From an uncultured Gammaproteobacteria bacterium (GTDB lineage: Bacteria; Patescibacteriota; Patescibacteriia; Magasanikbacterales; UBA922): a stretch of 64,000 nt of DNA. This document shows, piece after piece, positions 37,748 to 48,023 of this stretch. The position numbers and the translations under genes are program-made. Location: assembly GCA_964597575.1 (NCBI GenBank), contig CAZQXB010000001.1:64964-128963 (forward strand). Reading direction: 5' to 3'. Each line of letters begins with the position of its first letter. Position 1 is the first letter of the stretch. The notes beneath the pieces were generated by a model. That model was not told the origin of the DNA. It did not search any database and was given only the letters and a program-made list of their open reading frames with translations.

Positions 37748-39214
37748 ATGAGCAAAATTGCATTCGTGTTTAGCGTGTTCATGTGGCTCATAGCTGGGTG
37801 CACGGCCCAGCCGACCACTTCTACCAAGGAGTACGAGATCCCGCCACCGCCGGTGGCGAGCGCATCCCTCAATGTGGGGGCGCCGACTCCGGACGGACTC
37901 CTCACCAGCACATCGTCGGAGAGCGAACACATCGCACGGACGCTGCAGTACTACAAGAACATCGACGCACCTGCGTCGTTTTCTTTGTGGAAAGAGCGGT
38001 TTCAGTTCCCCCCTCAGGAAGAGGGAGAGTCTCTCGAGGCATGGAGGGTGCGAGTCGGCGTAGGAGTCTACTACAACAAGCGCGAGCTTGGTCTTGGCAG
38101 AGAACTTGCTTGCACCTGGACAACGGAACGCAATGACGCTGACGAGGAGTTTGTCGTCAAAGCCTGTTTTGTCACAAACTACGGGGATGCGTTCAGCGAC
38201 GAAGAACGATCCCTCGCCCTTGCGAAAGAAGGAAAGAGGCCAAAGAATACGGTCTGTATTTCCGAAAGGATGATGCTGCCAGAAGGCGAGCGGACACAGT
38301 TTTATGTGTATGGGCCGGAAGGAAAACTGCAGCCATGGGCGCAACTTGATTCTCGCGGACCACGATCCGTTCCCCATGTATGCACGGTCTGTCATGGTGG
38401 ATATGTTGACTCCGCTAAAAATATAGCGATCTGGGCCCGGTTTTTACCCCTCGACGAAACCATGGTGGTTTTCGACAAAGAGGGGCCTGCTTCTCTTATG
38501 GCCCAAAGAGAAGCAATTAGAAAAATGAATCTACTGGCGCTACAGACGGGCTTGACCCAATTCCAGTTCAATCAATTTCATGGCATCTACCAGGGAAAAG
38601 TCGAGGTTGAACACGCACCTGTTACACCGAACGTTGTGATCGGTGAGTGGAGTTGGAGCGAAGAACGAACGAACTTCTACAACCAGGTGCTTAAGCCCTA
38701 CTGCCTTACCTGCCATTGGGCTGCCGAAAAAGGGAGGGGTGGGGCAAAAAGCTGGGTGTACGAGGCGTTTCAGACTCCAGAGTTGCTCGCCCAGGCACCG
38801 ATGCTCAATTGGGTCTGTGGACAGTTCTCGATGCCTAATGCACAGGCCACAATGTTTCACTTCTGGACGGAACCAAGAGTGATACACTGGAACGGGAAAA
38901 TCCACAACACGGCCGCAGACGCATTTCTTGGATTCTACGGGATAACGCGTGAACAGTGTGTTGGGTACGCAGAGAAAAGTAATTGCTCACGTAGTGAAAA
39001 TCTCTGCGGGAATAATGAGAGTGGACAAGTGTGTGATGGGGCGACGGGAGAGTGCGCGCCACTGCTTAGCCGCAAGGCACTGACCGAGCCGAGCACACCT
39101 GCAGGCTACTGCAAAGCCGACGTGATGGGGTGCCCAGGAAAGACAGTCTGCCTCCCAAGTGAGGCCGCAACGGAAGGTTATGACGGCGTCTGCACACTCA
39201 CGACCGCGGACTGA
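37748..39214 (+). CDS. Putative diheme c-type cytochrome lipoprotein with Cys-rich C-terminus
   Basis: Lipobox LIAGC, CTVCH and CLTCH motifs, SD AGAGGA. Confidence 0.7.
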   Translation: MSKIAFVFSVFMWLIAGCTAQPTTSTKEYEIPPPPVASASLNVGAPTPDGLLTSTSSESEHIARTLQYYKNIDAPASFSLWKERFQFPPQEEGESLEAWRVRVGVGVYYNKRELGLGRELACTWTTERNDADEEFVVKACFVTNYGDAFSDEERSLALAKEGKRPKNTVCISERMMLPEGERTQFYVYGPEGKLQPWAQLDSRGPRSVPHVCTVCHGGYVDSAKNIAIWARFLPLDETMVVFDKEGPASLMAQREAIRKMNLLALQTGLTQFQFNQFHGIYQGKVEVEHAPVTPNVVIGEWSWSEERTNFYNQVLKPYCLTCHWAAEKGRGGAKSWVYEAFQTPELLAQAPMLNWVCGQFSMPNAQATMFHFWTEPRVIHWNGKIHNTAADAFLGFYGITREQCVGYAEKSNCSRSENLCGNNESGQVCDGATGECAPLLSRKALTEPSTPAGYCKADVMGCPGKTVCLPSEAATEGYDGVCTLTTAD

Positions 39215-39407
39215 TGTAGAGGGGGCTGACAAAGGGGAAAGGGCCTGTCAGTAATTTCTTCGATGTGCGAGAGAGCGCTCCCGCACATCGAAGGTCATTT
39301 CTGAAAAGAAATACAATCAAATTAGCGCACGTTACAATAAAATTTTTTACGCAAACAGATAATTCTTTCTCAACTCCATACGGGATTTCTGATATACTAC
39401 CCTCCGT

Positions 39408-41123
39408 ATGAATTCTCTTTTTTTAGAACTCAGTGGCATTCTTGGGCTCACGGTCGTTGTCTCATTTATTATTCGACTCCTCCGACAACCACTCATCGTT
39501 GCATATATTATTTCTGGCCTTCTGGCTGGCCCACTTCTTTTTAACCTTCTTGACGGAGATGCACACACCTATAGCGCATTCGGAGAATTTGGCGTCGTCC
39601 TTCTTCTGTATGTCGTCGGCCTCAACCTCCATTTTGATTTTCTCAAAAGAATTGGCAAAAGCGCGGTTCTGATTGGAGTGGGGCAAGTGGCGCTATCGAC
39701 CCTGCTTGGATTTGGCATTCTTTCTTTTTTTCCACTCACGACAAGCAGTAAATGGTACCTAGCTATTGCTGTCACATTTTCGAGCACCATTATTTTAACC
39801 AAACTTTTGGCCGAAAAAAAGGATACGGAATCCATGTATGGCCGCCGAACAATGGGGCTTATGGTGGTGCAGGATCTTATTGCGGTCGCACTCATGGTTA
39901 TCCTCTCGAGCGGTACCGAGGGAAACATTACAGAAACGATCGGACTTCTTTTGTTTAAGGGGGCACTTCTTATTGCTTCCATTTATTTCTTGGCAAAGTT
40001 TCTTTTGCCGACAATTCTTGATCGCGTGGCCAAAAATGGAGAATTTTTATTTCTTTTCACCATTGCTTGGTGTTTTGGCGTGGCGAGCTTAGTCGCTTGG
40101 GCAGGCTTCTCTCTTGAAATCGGCGCGCTTTTAGCTGGCATCTCGCTTGGCTCATCGCCGTATCAAGCAGAAATAGCAAGCCGTATCCGCCCACTTCGTG
40201 ATTTTTTTATCGTCATCTTCTTTCTCATGCTCGGAAGTGAAATGCATGTGACTGGCTTAGCCACAGCCCTGCCAATCGGGCTTGCCCTTACCGCCGTGGT
40301 TCTTATCGGGCACCCACTTATTTTATATCTCCTCTACCGAACTCAAGCATGCACACGGCGCACGAGTTTTTTAGGAGCAACTGTTGCAGCACAAGTAAGC
40401 GAGTTTGGTTTTATTCTTTTATTCACCGGGCGCTCACTGGGGCATCTTCAAGGTATTGAGCTCCAAATTTTTACAGTCGTAGCCCTCATTACCATTTGCA
40501 TTTCTTCCTACATTATTACCTACAATGAACAGCTCTATCGCTTTTGCCTGCCATTCTTTGCGCTATTTGGAAAAGATAAGTATCGCAATCACCCAGAAAT
40601 AATTCCAACCTACGAAGCGTGGGTGTTTGGGTATCATCGGGTCGGTATGCGTATTTGTTCAGCTCTTCAGGAAAAAGGGGTACCGTTTGCAGTGGTCGAC
40701 TTTAACCCGGACTCTATTCGCCATGCACGGCAAAATGGCATTCCAGCGTATTTCGGTGATGCGGCTGACGTAGAGTTTTTACACGAACTCCCTATTGAGG
40801 TCGCAAAACTTGTTATCTCCACACTCCCTGAAACAGACGATCAAAAAACTCTTATTCATCATGTCAGAAGTCGGAGTAGTAAAACAAAGGTTATTGCAAA
40901 CACCTACGACACGGCTGCGACCGAAGAACTCTACACTGCTGGGGCACATTACGTACTTGTCCCTCATTTGGTTGGGGGAGCATGGATGGCTCACATTCTT
41001 GAAGAAAAGGCCTGGACAGACCGAACATTCCTTAAGCTAAAAGAGGACCAAAAAAGCGAACTAGCAAGACGCTTTACTGACAGGGGAATACTGAGGCACA
41101 CACGCCTTGACAAGCATGCGTAA
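39408..41123 (+). CDS. CPA2 cation:proton antiporter with TrkA-N (KefB-like)
   Basis: LRQP..VAYI..G, FSST, VQD, QVSEF, GYHRVG, FGDA. Confidence 0.92.
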   Translation: MNSLFLELSGILGLTVVVSFIIRLLRQPLIVAYIISGLLAGPLLFNLLDGDAHTYSAFGEFGVVLLLYVVGLNLHFDFLKRIGKSAVLIGVGQVALSTLLGFGILSFFPLTTSSKWYLAIAVTFSSTIILTKLLAEKKDTESMYGRRTMGLMVVQDLIAVALMVILSSGTEGNITETIGLLLFKGALLIASIYFLAKFLLPTILDRVAKNGEFLFLFTIAWCFGVASLVAWAGFSLEIGALLAGISLGSSPYQAEIASRIRPLRDFFIVIFFLMLGSEMHVTGLATALPIGLALTAVVLIGHPLILYLLYRTQACTRRTSFLGATVAAQVSEFGFILLFTGRSLGHLQGIELQIFTVVALITICISSYIITYNEQLYRFCLPFFALFGKDKYRNHPEIIPTYEAWVFGYHRVGMRICSALQEKGVPFAVVDFNPDSIRHARQNGIPAYFGDAADVEFLHELPIEVAKLVISTLPETDDQKTLIHHVRSRSSKTKVIANTYDTAATEELYTAGAHYVLVPHLVGGAWMAHILEEKAWTDRTFLKLKEDQKSELARRFTDRGILRHTRLDKHA

Positions 41124-41157
41124 CGTTGGTATACTCGTGTCATTGTGGAAAATATAT

Positions 41158-41230
41158 GGGCCGGTAGCTTAGTTGGTAGAGCGCCTCGTTTGCACCGAGG
41201 AGGTCGGGGGTTCGATTCCTCTCCGGTCCA
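41158..41230 (+). tRNA. tRNA-Ala (TGC)
   Basis: Cloverleaf, CCTCG-TTTGCAC-CGAGG, G3:U70; promoter TTGACA-N17-TATACT at 41107-41135. Confidence 0.95.
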
Positions 41231-41282
41231 CGAAAAATGCTACGCCTTCGTGGCGTAGTGTTTTTTAGAAAAAAATACCGTT

Positions 41283-41357
<75 letters not shown>

Positions 41358-41575
41358 TAAAATAAGTACTCTCCCTTGTGGGGAGTATTTATTTTATTCG
41401 TGTTACGGCCAGGATTGAACTAAGGGAAAGTTTGAAAACCGATAGGTTTTCACTTCTGCTAGGGGAAGGTTAGGAAGGGGTGGAAACCCCTTCCTAAGAG
41501 TCTGAATTTTATTCAGAGGAGTGAAATCCTGGCCCGCGGCACTGACAAACAAGACTGTTACGGTCTTGTTTTGTT
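41358..41575 (+). repeat. tRNA-trailing structured cassette (Phe copy)
   Basis: Hairpin, anti-T-arm GCCAGGATTGAACT (41408-41421), core like Leu copy, 18-nt duplicate of tRNA 3' end (41525-41542), hairpin. Confidence 0.85.
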
Positions 41576-41660
41576 TTACGGAAAAGAAGCTTGTAAACAG
41601 AAAGGGGGCTTGCCCCTTGAAATAAATTTGGATATCATATATACTCCCTGCAGTAAAAAA

Positions 41661-41734
41661 CGGGCTGTGGCTCAATTGGCTAGAGTGCCTGGTTTGGGAC
41701 CAGGAGGTTGTGGGTTCAAGTCCCACCAGCCCGA
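41661..41734 (+). tRNA. tRNA-Pro (TGG)
   Basis: CGGGCTG/CAGCCCG stem, TTTGGGA loop. Confidence 0.95.
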
Positions 41735-42165
41735 CACAATAAATAAGTCCTTCTTAACCGAGAGGGACTTATTTATTTTTTTTGGATTGAGGACTTGAAC
41801 CCAGAAGGGGGTCGGGGAAACAGTTGCTTCCCCGTGGCGGATTCTTGAAACCGAGGGGTTTCAAAAGGAGCGAAGCGACGTGTGAAAGTCCCCAGCCCGA
41901 CTAACATAAAACTTCTCTTGCGAGAAGTTTTATATTTTATTTGGAGAGCCGAGCGACCTAATAGTTTAGGTCTCGAGTAGGACTTGAACGCCGGAGCGAT
42001 GTTTTGCGAACACGTTGGTGAGCAAAACCACGAGGCGATGGCCAGCCCGAGGAGGAGGAAACCGACAGGGGCAAGACCAAGGACCACAGAGCCCGACAAG
42101 ATAAATAAGTCCTTCTCATTGAGGAGGAGGCTTATTTATCTTGTTGAATTGAGAGCTTTGAATCG
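41735..42165 (+). repeat. Tandem tRNA-trailing cassettes (Pro copies)
   Basis: Three hairpins, anti-T-arm GGACTTGAAC at 41791 and 41980, tRNA 3'-end copies at 41886-41901 and 42090-42097. Confidence 0.85.
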
Positions 42166-42318
42166 GAATAAGGAGGGCGAAATAGTTGTTTGGTTTTAAA
42201 CTCTTACAAAAGGGAAATTCTTGCCGGACATGTCTGTGATTTATCTATCCACATCTTCGTTGGAAAAGGCATACTTATGAAGTACACTAAATAAAAGTTC
42301 ATTTTAGCATTCGTTTCT

Positions 42319-42720
42319 ATGGAAAAGGAGGCCAGAGAAATAATTCTTGTAGTCCACGATGATGTCGTACTACGAAACGTACTCGTAAAAAAGTGCCGAG
42401 ATGCGGGCTTCGAAGTACTCGAAGCTCAGAATGGCGAAGAGGGGCTTGATCTCGCACTTCGGCACCACCCAAACTTAATCGTGTCCAACATCAACATGCC
42501 CAAAAAAACCGGACTCGACATGATTGACGCTCTCAGAAAAGATACTTGGGGGAAAGGGGTCAATATTATGCTCCTGACCAATTCAACCGACAGTCGGTAT
42601 GTGGCTGAGGCCCTCAAAAATAAAGTCTACGACTACCTAATTACAGTTAACTGGACCATTAACGACGTGATAAATCTGATTAAAAAAAGACTTGATGTTC
42701 GCCAAGGTCGGTCAGCATAG
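42319..42720 (+). CDS. Stand-alone response-regulator receiver domain (atypical)
   Basis: ILVVHDD, AQNGEEGL, IVSNINMP, LLTN. Confidence 0.85.
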   Translation: MEKEAREIILVVHDDVVLRNVLVKKCRDAGFEVLEAQNGEEGLDLALRHHPNLIVSNINMPKKTGLDMIDALRKDTWGKGVNIMLLTNSTDSRYVAEALKNKVYDYLITVNWTINDVINLIKKRLDVRQGRSA

Positions 42721-42776
42721 CCCTTTTTAACAAAAAGACCCGGCAGCATGCCGAGTCTTTTTGTTTATGTCTGGCC

Positions 42777-43235
42777 TTATTTACACTCCCACCATTGTGG
42801 GTATTTTGGATACCAGATCATGAATTGCTTAATGTTTTCTTTATAATCGAACTGGTGCCCTTCGGCCCCGATCCATTTCCACGTACCATTAATGAACTGG
42901 AACACGCCTTTCGCAGTACTCGTACCGTTTTTCGCGTTGTATACGTATCCGCTCTCACAACGTGCGATACGAAGTGCGTTATTGACGCTTACCCCGTAAA
43001 GGTTGGCTTGGCGAATGATCTCCGCCTTCACCTGTTCCGGAGTAGGGGCGGTAATTTCTACCACGTCCTCTGCTACCGGCAAAATTGGGGTGGTTTCAGC
43101 GGCCACGGCTACCTCCGCAAAGGCGGTTGAGGTATACACGGCGTTTGTTACTTGAGCCTGTGTAAGAGACGGGAGCATGGCCAAAGTACTCATCAAAACT
43201 ACCATTGTTTTTGCCTTATTTAAGGTAAATTTCAT
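42777..43235 (-). CDS. Secreted lytic transglycosylase (SLT)-like protein
   Basis: Signal peptide, IARCESG...AKN..STAKGVFQF..GTW. Confidence 0.8.
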   Translation of the reverse strand: MKFTLNKAKTMVVLMSTLAMLPSLTQAQVTNAVYTSTAFAEVAVAAETTPILPVAEDVVEITAPTPEQVKAEIIRQANLYGVSVNNALRIARCESGYVYNAKNGTSTAKGVFQFINGTWKWIGAEGHQFDYKENIKQFMIWYPKYPQWWECK

Positions 43236-43299
43236 ATAGTATAGGTGTGTCCCAAAGGTTGATTTTTAGGACCGCATATAGTACCATAAAATCACCTTT

Positions 43300-46224
43300 T
43301 TGTCAACCCCCGTAAGGGTATTTTCTCTGAAAGACCAGCCACCAAAAAAACGCTCGTACGGCTATGTCGGCGAGCCAAAAAAACGCACCTTTATTAGTGT
43401 AAAGGCCGGCGGGACGCCCAAACGGGTCGGACCTGGTCGTTTTTGGCACGGAAAAAAAGGAAAAGTAGGGCGTTTTGTGTTCTTAGGTGTTGTTACGGTG
43501 GGAATCATTGGGCTTGTTGGTGGGGTTGGATTTGTGGCCTGGGTAAGCAAAGACCTTCCAGATCCTGACCGATTAACCGACCGTGAAGTGGCGCAGAGCA
43601 CAAAAATTTTTGACCGCACCGGCACAGTACTATTGTATGAAATTTATGGGGATGAAAAACGCACCCTTATTCCGTACGACCAGATTCCGTTAAAATTACG
43701 CCAAGCCCTCATTGCCACCGAAGACACCACATTTTACGAACATCATGGTGTTCGCCCTTTGAGTATTGCTCGATCGGTCATTTTCGGACTCATGGGGCGG
43801 AACCGCATTGGCGGAGGGGCTTCCACCCTAACACAACAATTAGTAAAAAATGCGATTCTAGACAATGAAGCGCCCTGGAGTCGCAAACCAAAGGAACTTA
43901 TTTTATCGGTACGGTTAGAACAAAAATATACTAAGGACCAAATTCTTCAGATTTATTTTAATGAGATCCCATACGGCGGAACAAACTACGGCGTTGAGGC
44001 AGCAGCACAAAGTTACTACAACAAACGGACCGCCGATTTAAATTTAGAACAGATTGCCACCTTAGCCGGCTTTCCGAAACAACCTTCACGGTATTTAAAC
44101 GATCTTCCATTCTTAAAAGAACGTCGCAACTTTGTGTTACGCCGCATGAAAGAAGAGGGGTATATTACGGAAGAGGAAATGAAAGAAACACAGGCCATGG
44201 AATTATCGTTTAAGCCAAAAGAGTATACTGACATTAAAGCACCGCACTTTGTATTATACGTAAAAGAACTTCTGGAAGAAGAATTTGGTGGGCGGGCTGT
44301 AAATACGGGCGGGCTCAAAGTTATCACGTCTCTTGATTGGGAAAAACAACAGATGGCTGAGGCCACGATTAACGGACAGAAAGATAAAGTATTAAAAGAT
44401 GCAAAGGCCGACAATGCGGCCATGGTTGCCGTTGACCCAAAAACTGGACAGATTTTAGCCATGGTCGGATCACTCGATTTCTTTAACACCTCAAGTGGAC
44501 AATTTAATGTTATTACCAGTGGCAAACGCCAACCCGGCTCTTCGATAAAACCTATTATTTATACGGCTGCCTTTGAAAAGGGGTATACCCCAGACACTCT
44601 TCTGTTTGATGTCGAAACAAATTTTGCGGTCGGCGACAGCAAGCCCTACACCCCAAGAAACTACGATCTGAAAGAGTACGGGCCAGTAACCATGCGCCAA
44701 GCACTTCAGGGGTCGCTAAACATCGCGGCGGTACAGACACTCTATTTGGTGGGGCTTCCTACCGCAGCGAATTTTGCCGAACGGCTCGGATACACCACGC
44801 TTGGCAACTTTGATGATTACGGGCTAACCCTAGTATTGGGCGGAGCCGTGGTCAGCCCTCTTGAACATGTTGGAGCCTACAGTGTGTTTGCGGCCGAAGG
44901 CAAGCGGCGACCTCCCGTTAGCATTCTCCGGGTAGAAAATAGTAAGGGCGATGTGCTCAAGTCAGAAAAAACTCCAGACGAAGAAGAAGTGATTTCAAAA
45001 GAATTAGCCGCAACAATTTCAAGTGTTCTCTCAGACGATGCTGCTCGTGCGTATATTTTTGGTACAAACGGTATTTTGACCTTACCCGACCGACCAGTAG
45101 CCGCAAAAACCGGAACAACCCAAGAATACCGTGATGCTTGGGCAATGGGCTACACTCCTGGACTCGTCACAGGGGTATGGGTAGGAAATTCTGACGGAAG
45201 CTCAATGAAAGGTGGTTACGGTGGAAGCAGGCTCGCTGGTGTTATTTGGAATGACTTCATGAAAAAGGCCACGAAAACCATGCCGATTGAAAAATTTCCT
45301 GACCCACCGCCAAACGATGCCGAGAAGGCGATTCTCCGCGGATCCCAGGGCGGAGTTACGCTCGACATTGATCGCGTGACCGGAAAACGAGCGACGAGCT
45401 CAACCCCAAAAGAATATATTGTGGCACGCACCTATGTACCGCCGCACTCTATTCTTCACTATGTTTCAAAAGATGATCCACGCGGACCCATTCCAGAAAA
45501 CCCTGCCGCGGATTCCCAATATCCCATTTGGGAAGAAGCCATCCGCGCCTGGACTGCACGGAAACAAGCGGCTGACCCGAATTGGTCTATAAGTTTTGAA
45601 GAACCCCCAACAGAATACGATGACCTTCATTCTTTGGAACTTATTCCATCGCTCACCATTTTTTCTCCGACCGCTTCAAGCACACTCACCAGTCGACGTA
45701 TCACGAGTTCTATTCGGGTGAGTGCTCCTCGCGGAGTTTCACGAGTTTCCTACAAACTCGACAATCGTTTGGTCGGCACATATACCAATACTCCGTTCGC
45801 GCTCGATTACGTGGCTCGAGGAATCCAGAATGGACCGCACACCTTAACCATTATTGTGGAAGATGATGTGGGAAATCGATTGGAAGAAACAGTCCCCTTT
45901 GATCTGCAAGCAGGGCTTGAGGCTCCGGGAGTTGGATTTGTTGACCGCGGCCTCACCGTTCCAGCCGGAAGTTTTCCAAGAGTCTTTTTTCTTGAACCCT
46001 ACCGTTTGGGTGATATTCGAGAAGTGATCGTTAGCGCGAGAAACACCAACGGAAGCACTATGCCGATTGTTTCTATCACAGACTTTTCTAATCTCTTTAA
46101 TAATCAGCTCGTTGTTACGTGGATTGACCCACCAAATTCTGGTACATGGGATCTCGTTGCAGAAGTCGTCGATAACCTGGGAAACAGAGCTGAAACTGAT
46201 CGTATTCGAGTCACCGTTGAGTAG
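43300..46224 (+). CDS. Class A penicillin-binding protein with C-terminal Ig-like domains
   Basis: EDTTFYEHHG, GASTLTQQ, SSIK, SLN, KTG motifs. Confidence 0.93.
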   Translation: MSTPVRVFSLKDQPPKKRSYGYVGEPKKRTFISVKAGGTPKRVGPGRFWHGKKGKVGRFVFLGVVTVGIIGLVGGVGFVAWVSKDLPDPDRLTDREVAQSTKIFDRTGTVLLYEIYGDEKRTLIPYDQIPLKLRQALIATEDTTFYEHHGVRPLSIARSVIFGLMGRNRIGGGASTLTQQLVKNAILDNEAPWSRKPKELILSVRLEQKYTKDQILQIYFNEIPYGGTNYGVEAAAQSYYNKRTADLNLEQIATLAGFPKQPSRYLNDLPFLKERRNFVLRRMKEEGYITEEEMKETQAMELSFKPKEYTDIKAPHFVLYVKELLEEEFGGRAVNTGGLKVITSLDWEKQQMAEATINGQKDKVLKDAKADNAAMVAVDPKTGQILAMVGSLDFFNTSSGQFNVITSGKRQPGSSIKPIIYTAAFEKGYTPDTLLFDVETNFAVGDSKPYTPRNYDLKEYGPVTMRQALQGSLNIAAVQTLYLVGLPTAANFAERLGYTTLGNFDDYGLTLVLGGAVVSPLEHVGAYSVFAAEGKRRPPVSILRVENSKGDVLKSEKTPDEEEVISKELAATISSVLSDDAARAYIFGTNGILTLPDRPVAAKTGTTQEYRDAWAMGYTPGLVTGVWVGNSDGSSMKGGYGGSRLAGVIWNDFMKKATKTMPIEKFPDPPPNDAEKAILRGSQGGVTLDIDRVTGKRATSSTPKEYIVARTYVPPHSILHYVSKDDPRGPIPENPAADSQYPIWEEAIRAWTARKQAADPNWSISFEEPPTEYDDLHSLELIPSLTIFSPTASSTLTSRRITSSIRVSAPRGVSRVSYKLDNRLVGTYTNTPFALDYVARGIQNGPHTLTIIVEDDVGNRLEETVPFDLQAGLEAPGVGFVDRGLTVPAGSFPRVFFLEPYRLGDIREVIVSARNTNGSTMPIVSITDFSNLFNNQLVVTWIDPPNSGTWDLVAEVVDNLGNRAETDRIRVTVE

Positions 46225-46294
46225 GAATTCCGCGAAAAGGGCGAGCACAACTCAAATCAAAATATAAAATACGGCCCGAAGCCGTATTTTATAT

Positions 46295-46624
46295 TTACAT
46301 CTCATTTCTTTTTAAATCCCAAAGTATTTCATTAAAATTTTCGATACGATCATTTTTTCCAATCTTAATTTTTTCTTTTTTGTATAACCTCAATCGTTTC
46401 TCGCGGTATTCTGGATTCATCCACACACGTCCATTGACATAGACGATTCTGTGAAACGGAATGTCTTTTACACCATTGTCGTATGCACGCCCTAAAATTC
46501 CCGTAATGCTTTGCGAAGACATCGTTCCGCCACCCGCCGCACGAGCAATCCGCCCATAGGTAGTTACTTTTCCAAAAGGGATTGCACGTGCAATGAGAAT
46601 CACACGCTCGCTGAAACCTTTCAT
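46295..46624 (-). CDS. Alkyltransferase-like (MGMT family, non-catalytic) protein
   Basis: IPFGKVTTYGRIA, PFHRIV in place of PCHRV. Confidence 0.85.
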   Translation of the reverse strand: MKGFSERVILIARAIPFGKVTTYGRIARAAGGGTMSSQSITGILGRAYDNGVKDIPFHRIVYVNGRVWMNPEYREKRLRLYKKEKIKIGKNDRIENFNEILWDLKRNEM

Positions 46625-46665
46625 AGGAACTCCTAAATGAATACTGGTATGGGCCCTAGACGCAT

Positions 46666-47781
46666 TTATTGCCTGATAGGCATGACGATATACACATAAC
46701 CATCCTTTCCTTCTTCTTTGAAGATACACGGCGCCTCAGGGCTATTAACACCAATGAAGATGTTGTTATCCATGTGTGCAACCCCATCGAGCACATACCG
46801 GTAATTTAAAAGAATGGAATTATCTGCGCCCTCAAGATCTGCTTCAACACTTGCGGTATGTTCTCCGGCGGCAGTGCTCACCGAAGACAATGTTACATTT
46901 TTTTCTGGCACATGAAACTCAAAAGAAACACCATTTACTCCCTGAGCACTGAATAAACTTGCCGTCTTTATACTTTTTACAAACTCATCTGCAGAAAGCG
47001 AAACCCTCGTCGCAAACTCCTTGGGGATAATTTGTGCATAGTCGGGATAACTTCCTTGAATGAGGCGAGAAGTCAGTTCTACCTCGCCAACCTGCATAGT
47101 AATTTGGTTTTGGGTGACCCACCAACGTGCGCGGGCACCACCTTCTTTTACCCCACCAAGAAGGCGAATCATTTCATACACCGTTCTTGAAGGAACAACA
47201 CAGGTTACCTGCCCGTCGCCTGAAAGAAGCGGAACTTGTTTTTCTGCTAACCGATACGAATCAGTAGCCGCAACGGTGAGCCCACTAAAGCGTTCCGTTC
47301 CAATATGAACACACACCCCAGAAAGTTCGGGGCGGATTTCATTTTTCGATACTGCCACCACCACTCGTTCAAGAGCTTGTTTGAGCGGTGCTGATTCAAA
47401 AACAAATTCATGATCGCGCTCTACCTCTGGCATACCCGGAAACTCCTCCGGCGGAGATCCTTTCATCTTGGTATTATTTCGACCGCACTTTACACGTAAC
47501 TCATCACCTTCTAATGAAAATTGAATTTGGTCATCCGGTAGAAGGTGAATATACTCGGAAAGCATTTTGGCTGGGACCGTAAACGAACCGGTTGTTTCTA
47601 CTTTCGCACGGATCGTGGTTCGGATTGCCACCTCAAGGTTTGTTGTGAGAAGTGATACACCCGATTCGGTCGCAACCAAAAGAACATGCGATAAAATTGG
47701 TAAATGTGTTTGTTTTCCCGCTAACCCACCTACTTGAGTAAGTGCTTGAGCGATGTTGTCTTTAGTACATGTGAATTTCAT
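46666..47781 (-). CDS. dnaN: DNA polymerase III beta clamp
   Basis: PILSHVL, RPELSGV, ATDSYRL, YPDY, IVMPIR. Confidence 0.96.
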   Translation of the reverse strand: MKFTCTKDNIAQALTQVGGLAGKQTHLPILSHVLLVATESGVSLLTTNLEVAIRTTIRAKVETTGSFTVPAKMLSEYIHLLPDDQIQFSLEGDELRVKCGRNNTKMKGSPPEEFPGMPEVERDHEFVFESAPLKQALERVVVAVSKNEIRPELSGVCVHIGTERFSGLTVAATDSYRLAEKQVPLLSGDGQVTCVVPSRTVYEMIRLLGGVKEGGARARWWVTQNQITMQVGEVELTSRLIQGSYPDYAQIIPKEFATRVSLSADEFVKSIKTASLFSAQGVNGVSFEFHVPEKNVTLSSVSTAAGEHTASVEADLEGADNSILLNYRYVLDGVAHMDNNIFIGVNSPEAPCIFKEEGKDGYVYIVMPIRQ

Positions 47782-47789
47782 AGGCTCAA

Positions 47790-48023
47790 TTGGTATATAT
47801 ACATATATATTTATATCGTAGTAATAGTAGTAAGGGGGACAGCGGGGATAACCGGTATTCTATTCTACGCGTAGCGCTTATTTCTTCGACAGGGGGTGTG
47901 GAGAAAACAGTGGAAACTTTTGCGTGCTGTGGGTAGTTTTTTGGGCGGTGGGGATATGTTTTGCTTGTCCCCATCGGTATCCACAATCATTTTGGGTACT
48001 TATCCGCATCTTTACCCCCGAGG
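47790..48023 (-). other. oriC unwinding region (DnaA boxes, DnaA-trios, AT-rich DUE)
   Basis: Minus strand TTATCCCCG CTGTCCCCC TTACTACTATTACTA then ATAAATATATATGTATATA between dnaA and dnaN; further degenerate boxes nearby. Confidence 0.85.

Noticed and set aside
41735-42165. CRISPR array
   Set aside because: Repeats are tRNA-derived and degenerate, units are ~190-200 bp, and no cas genes are in the window.
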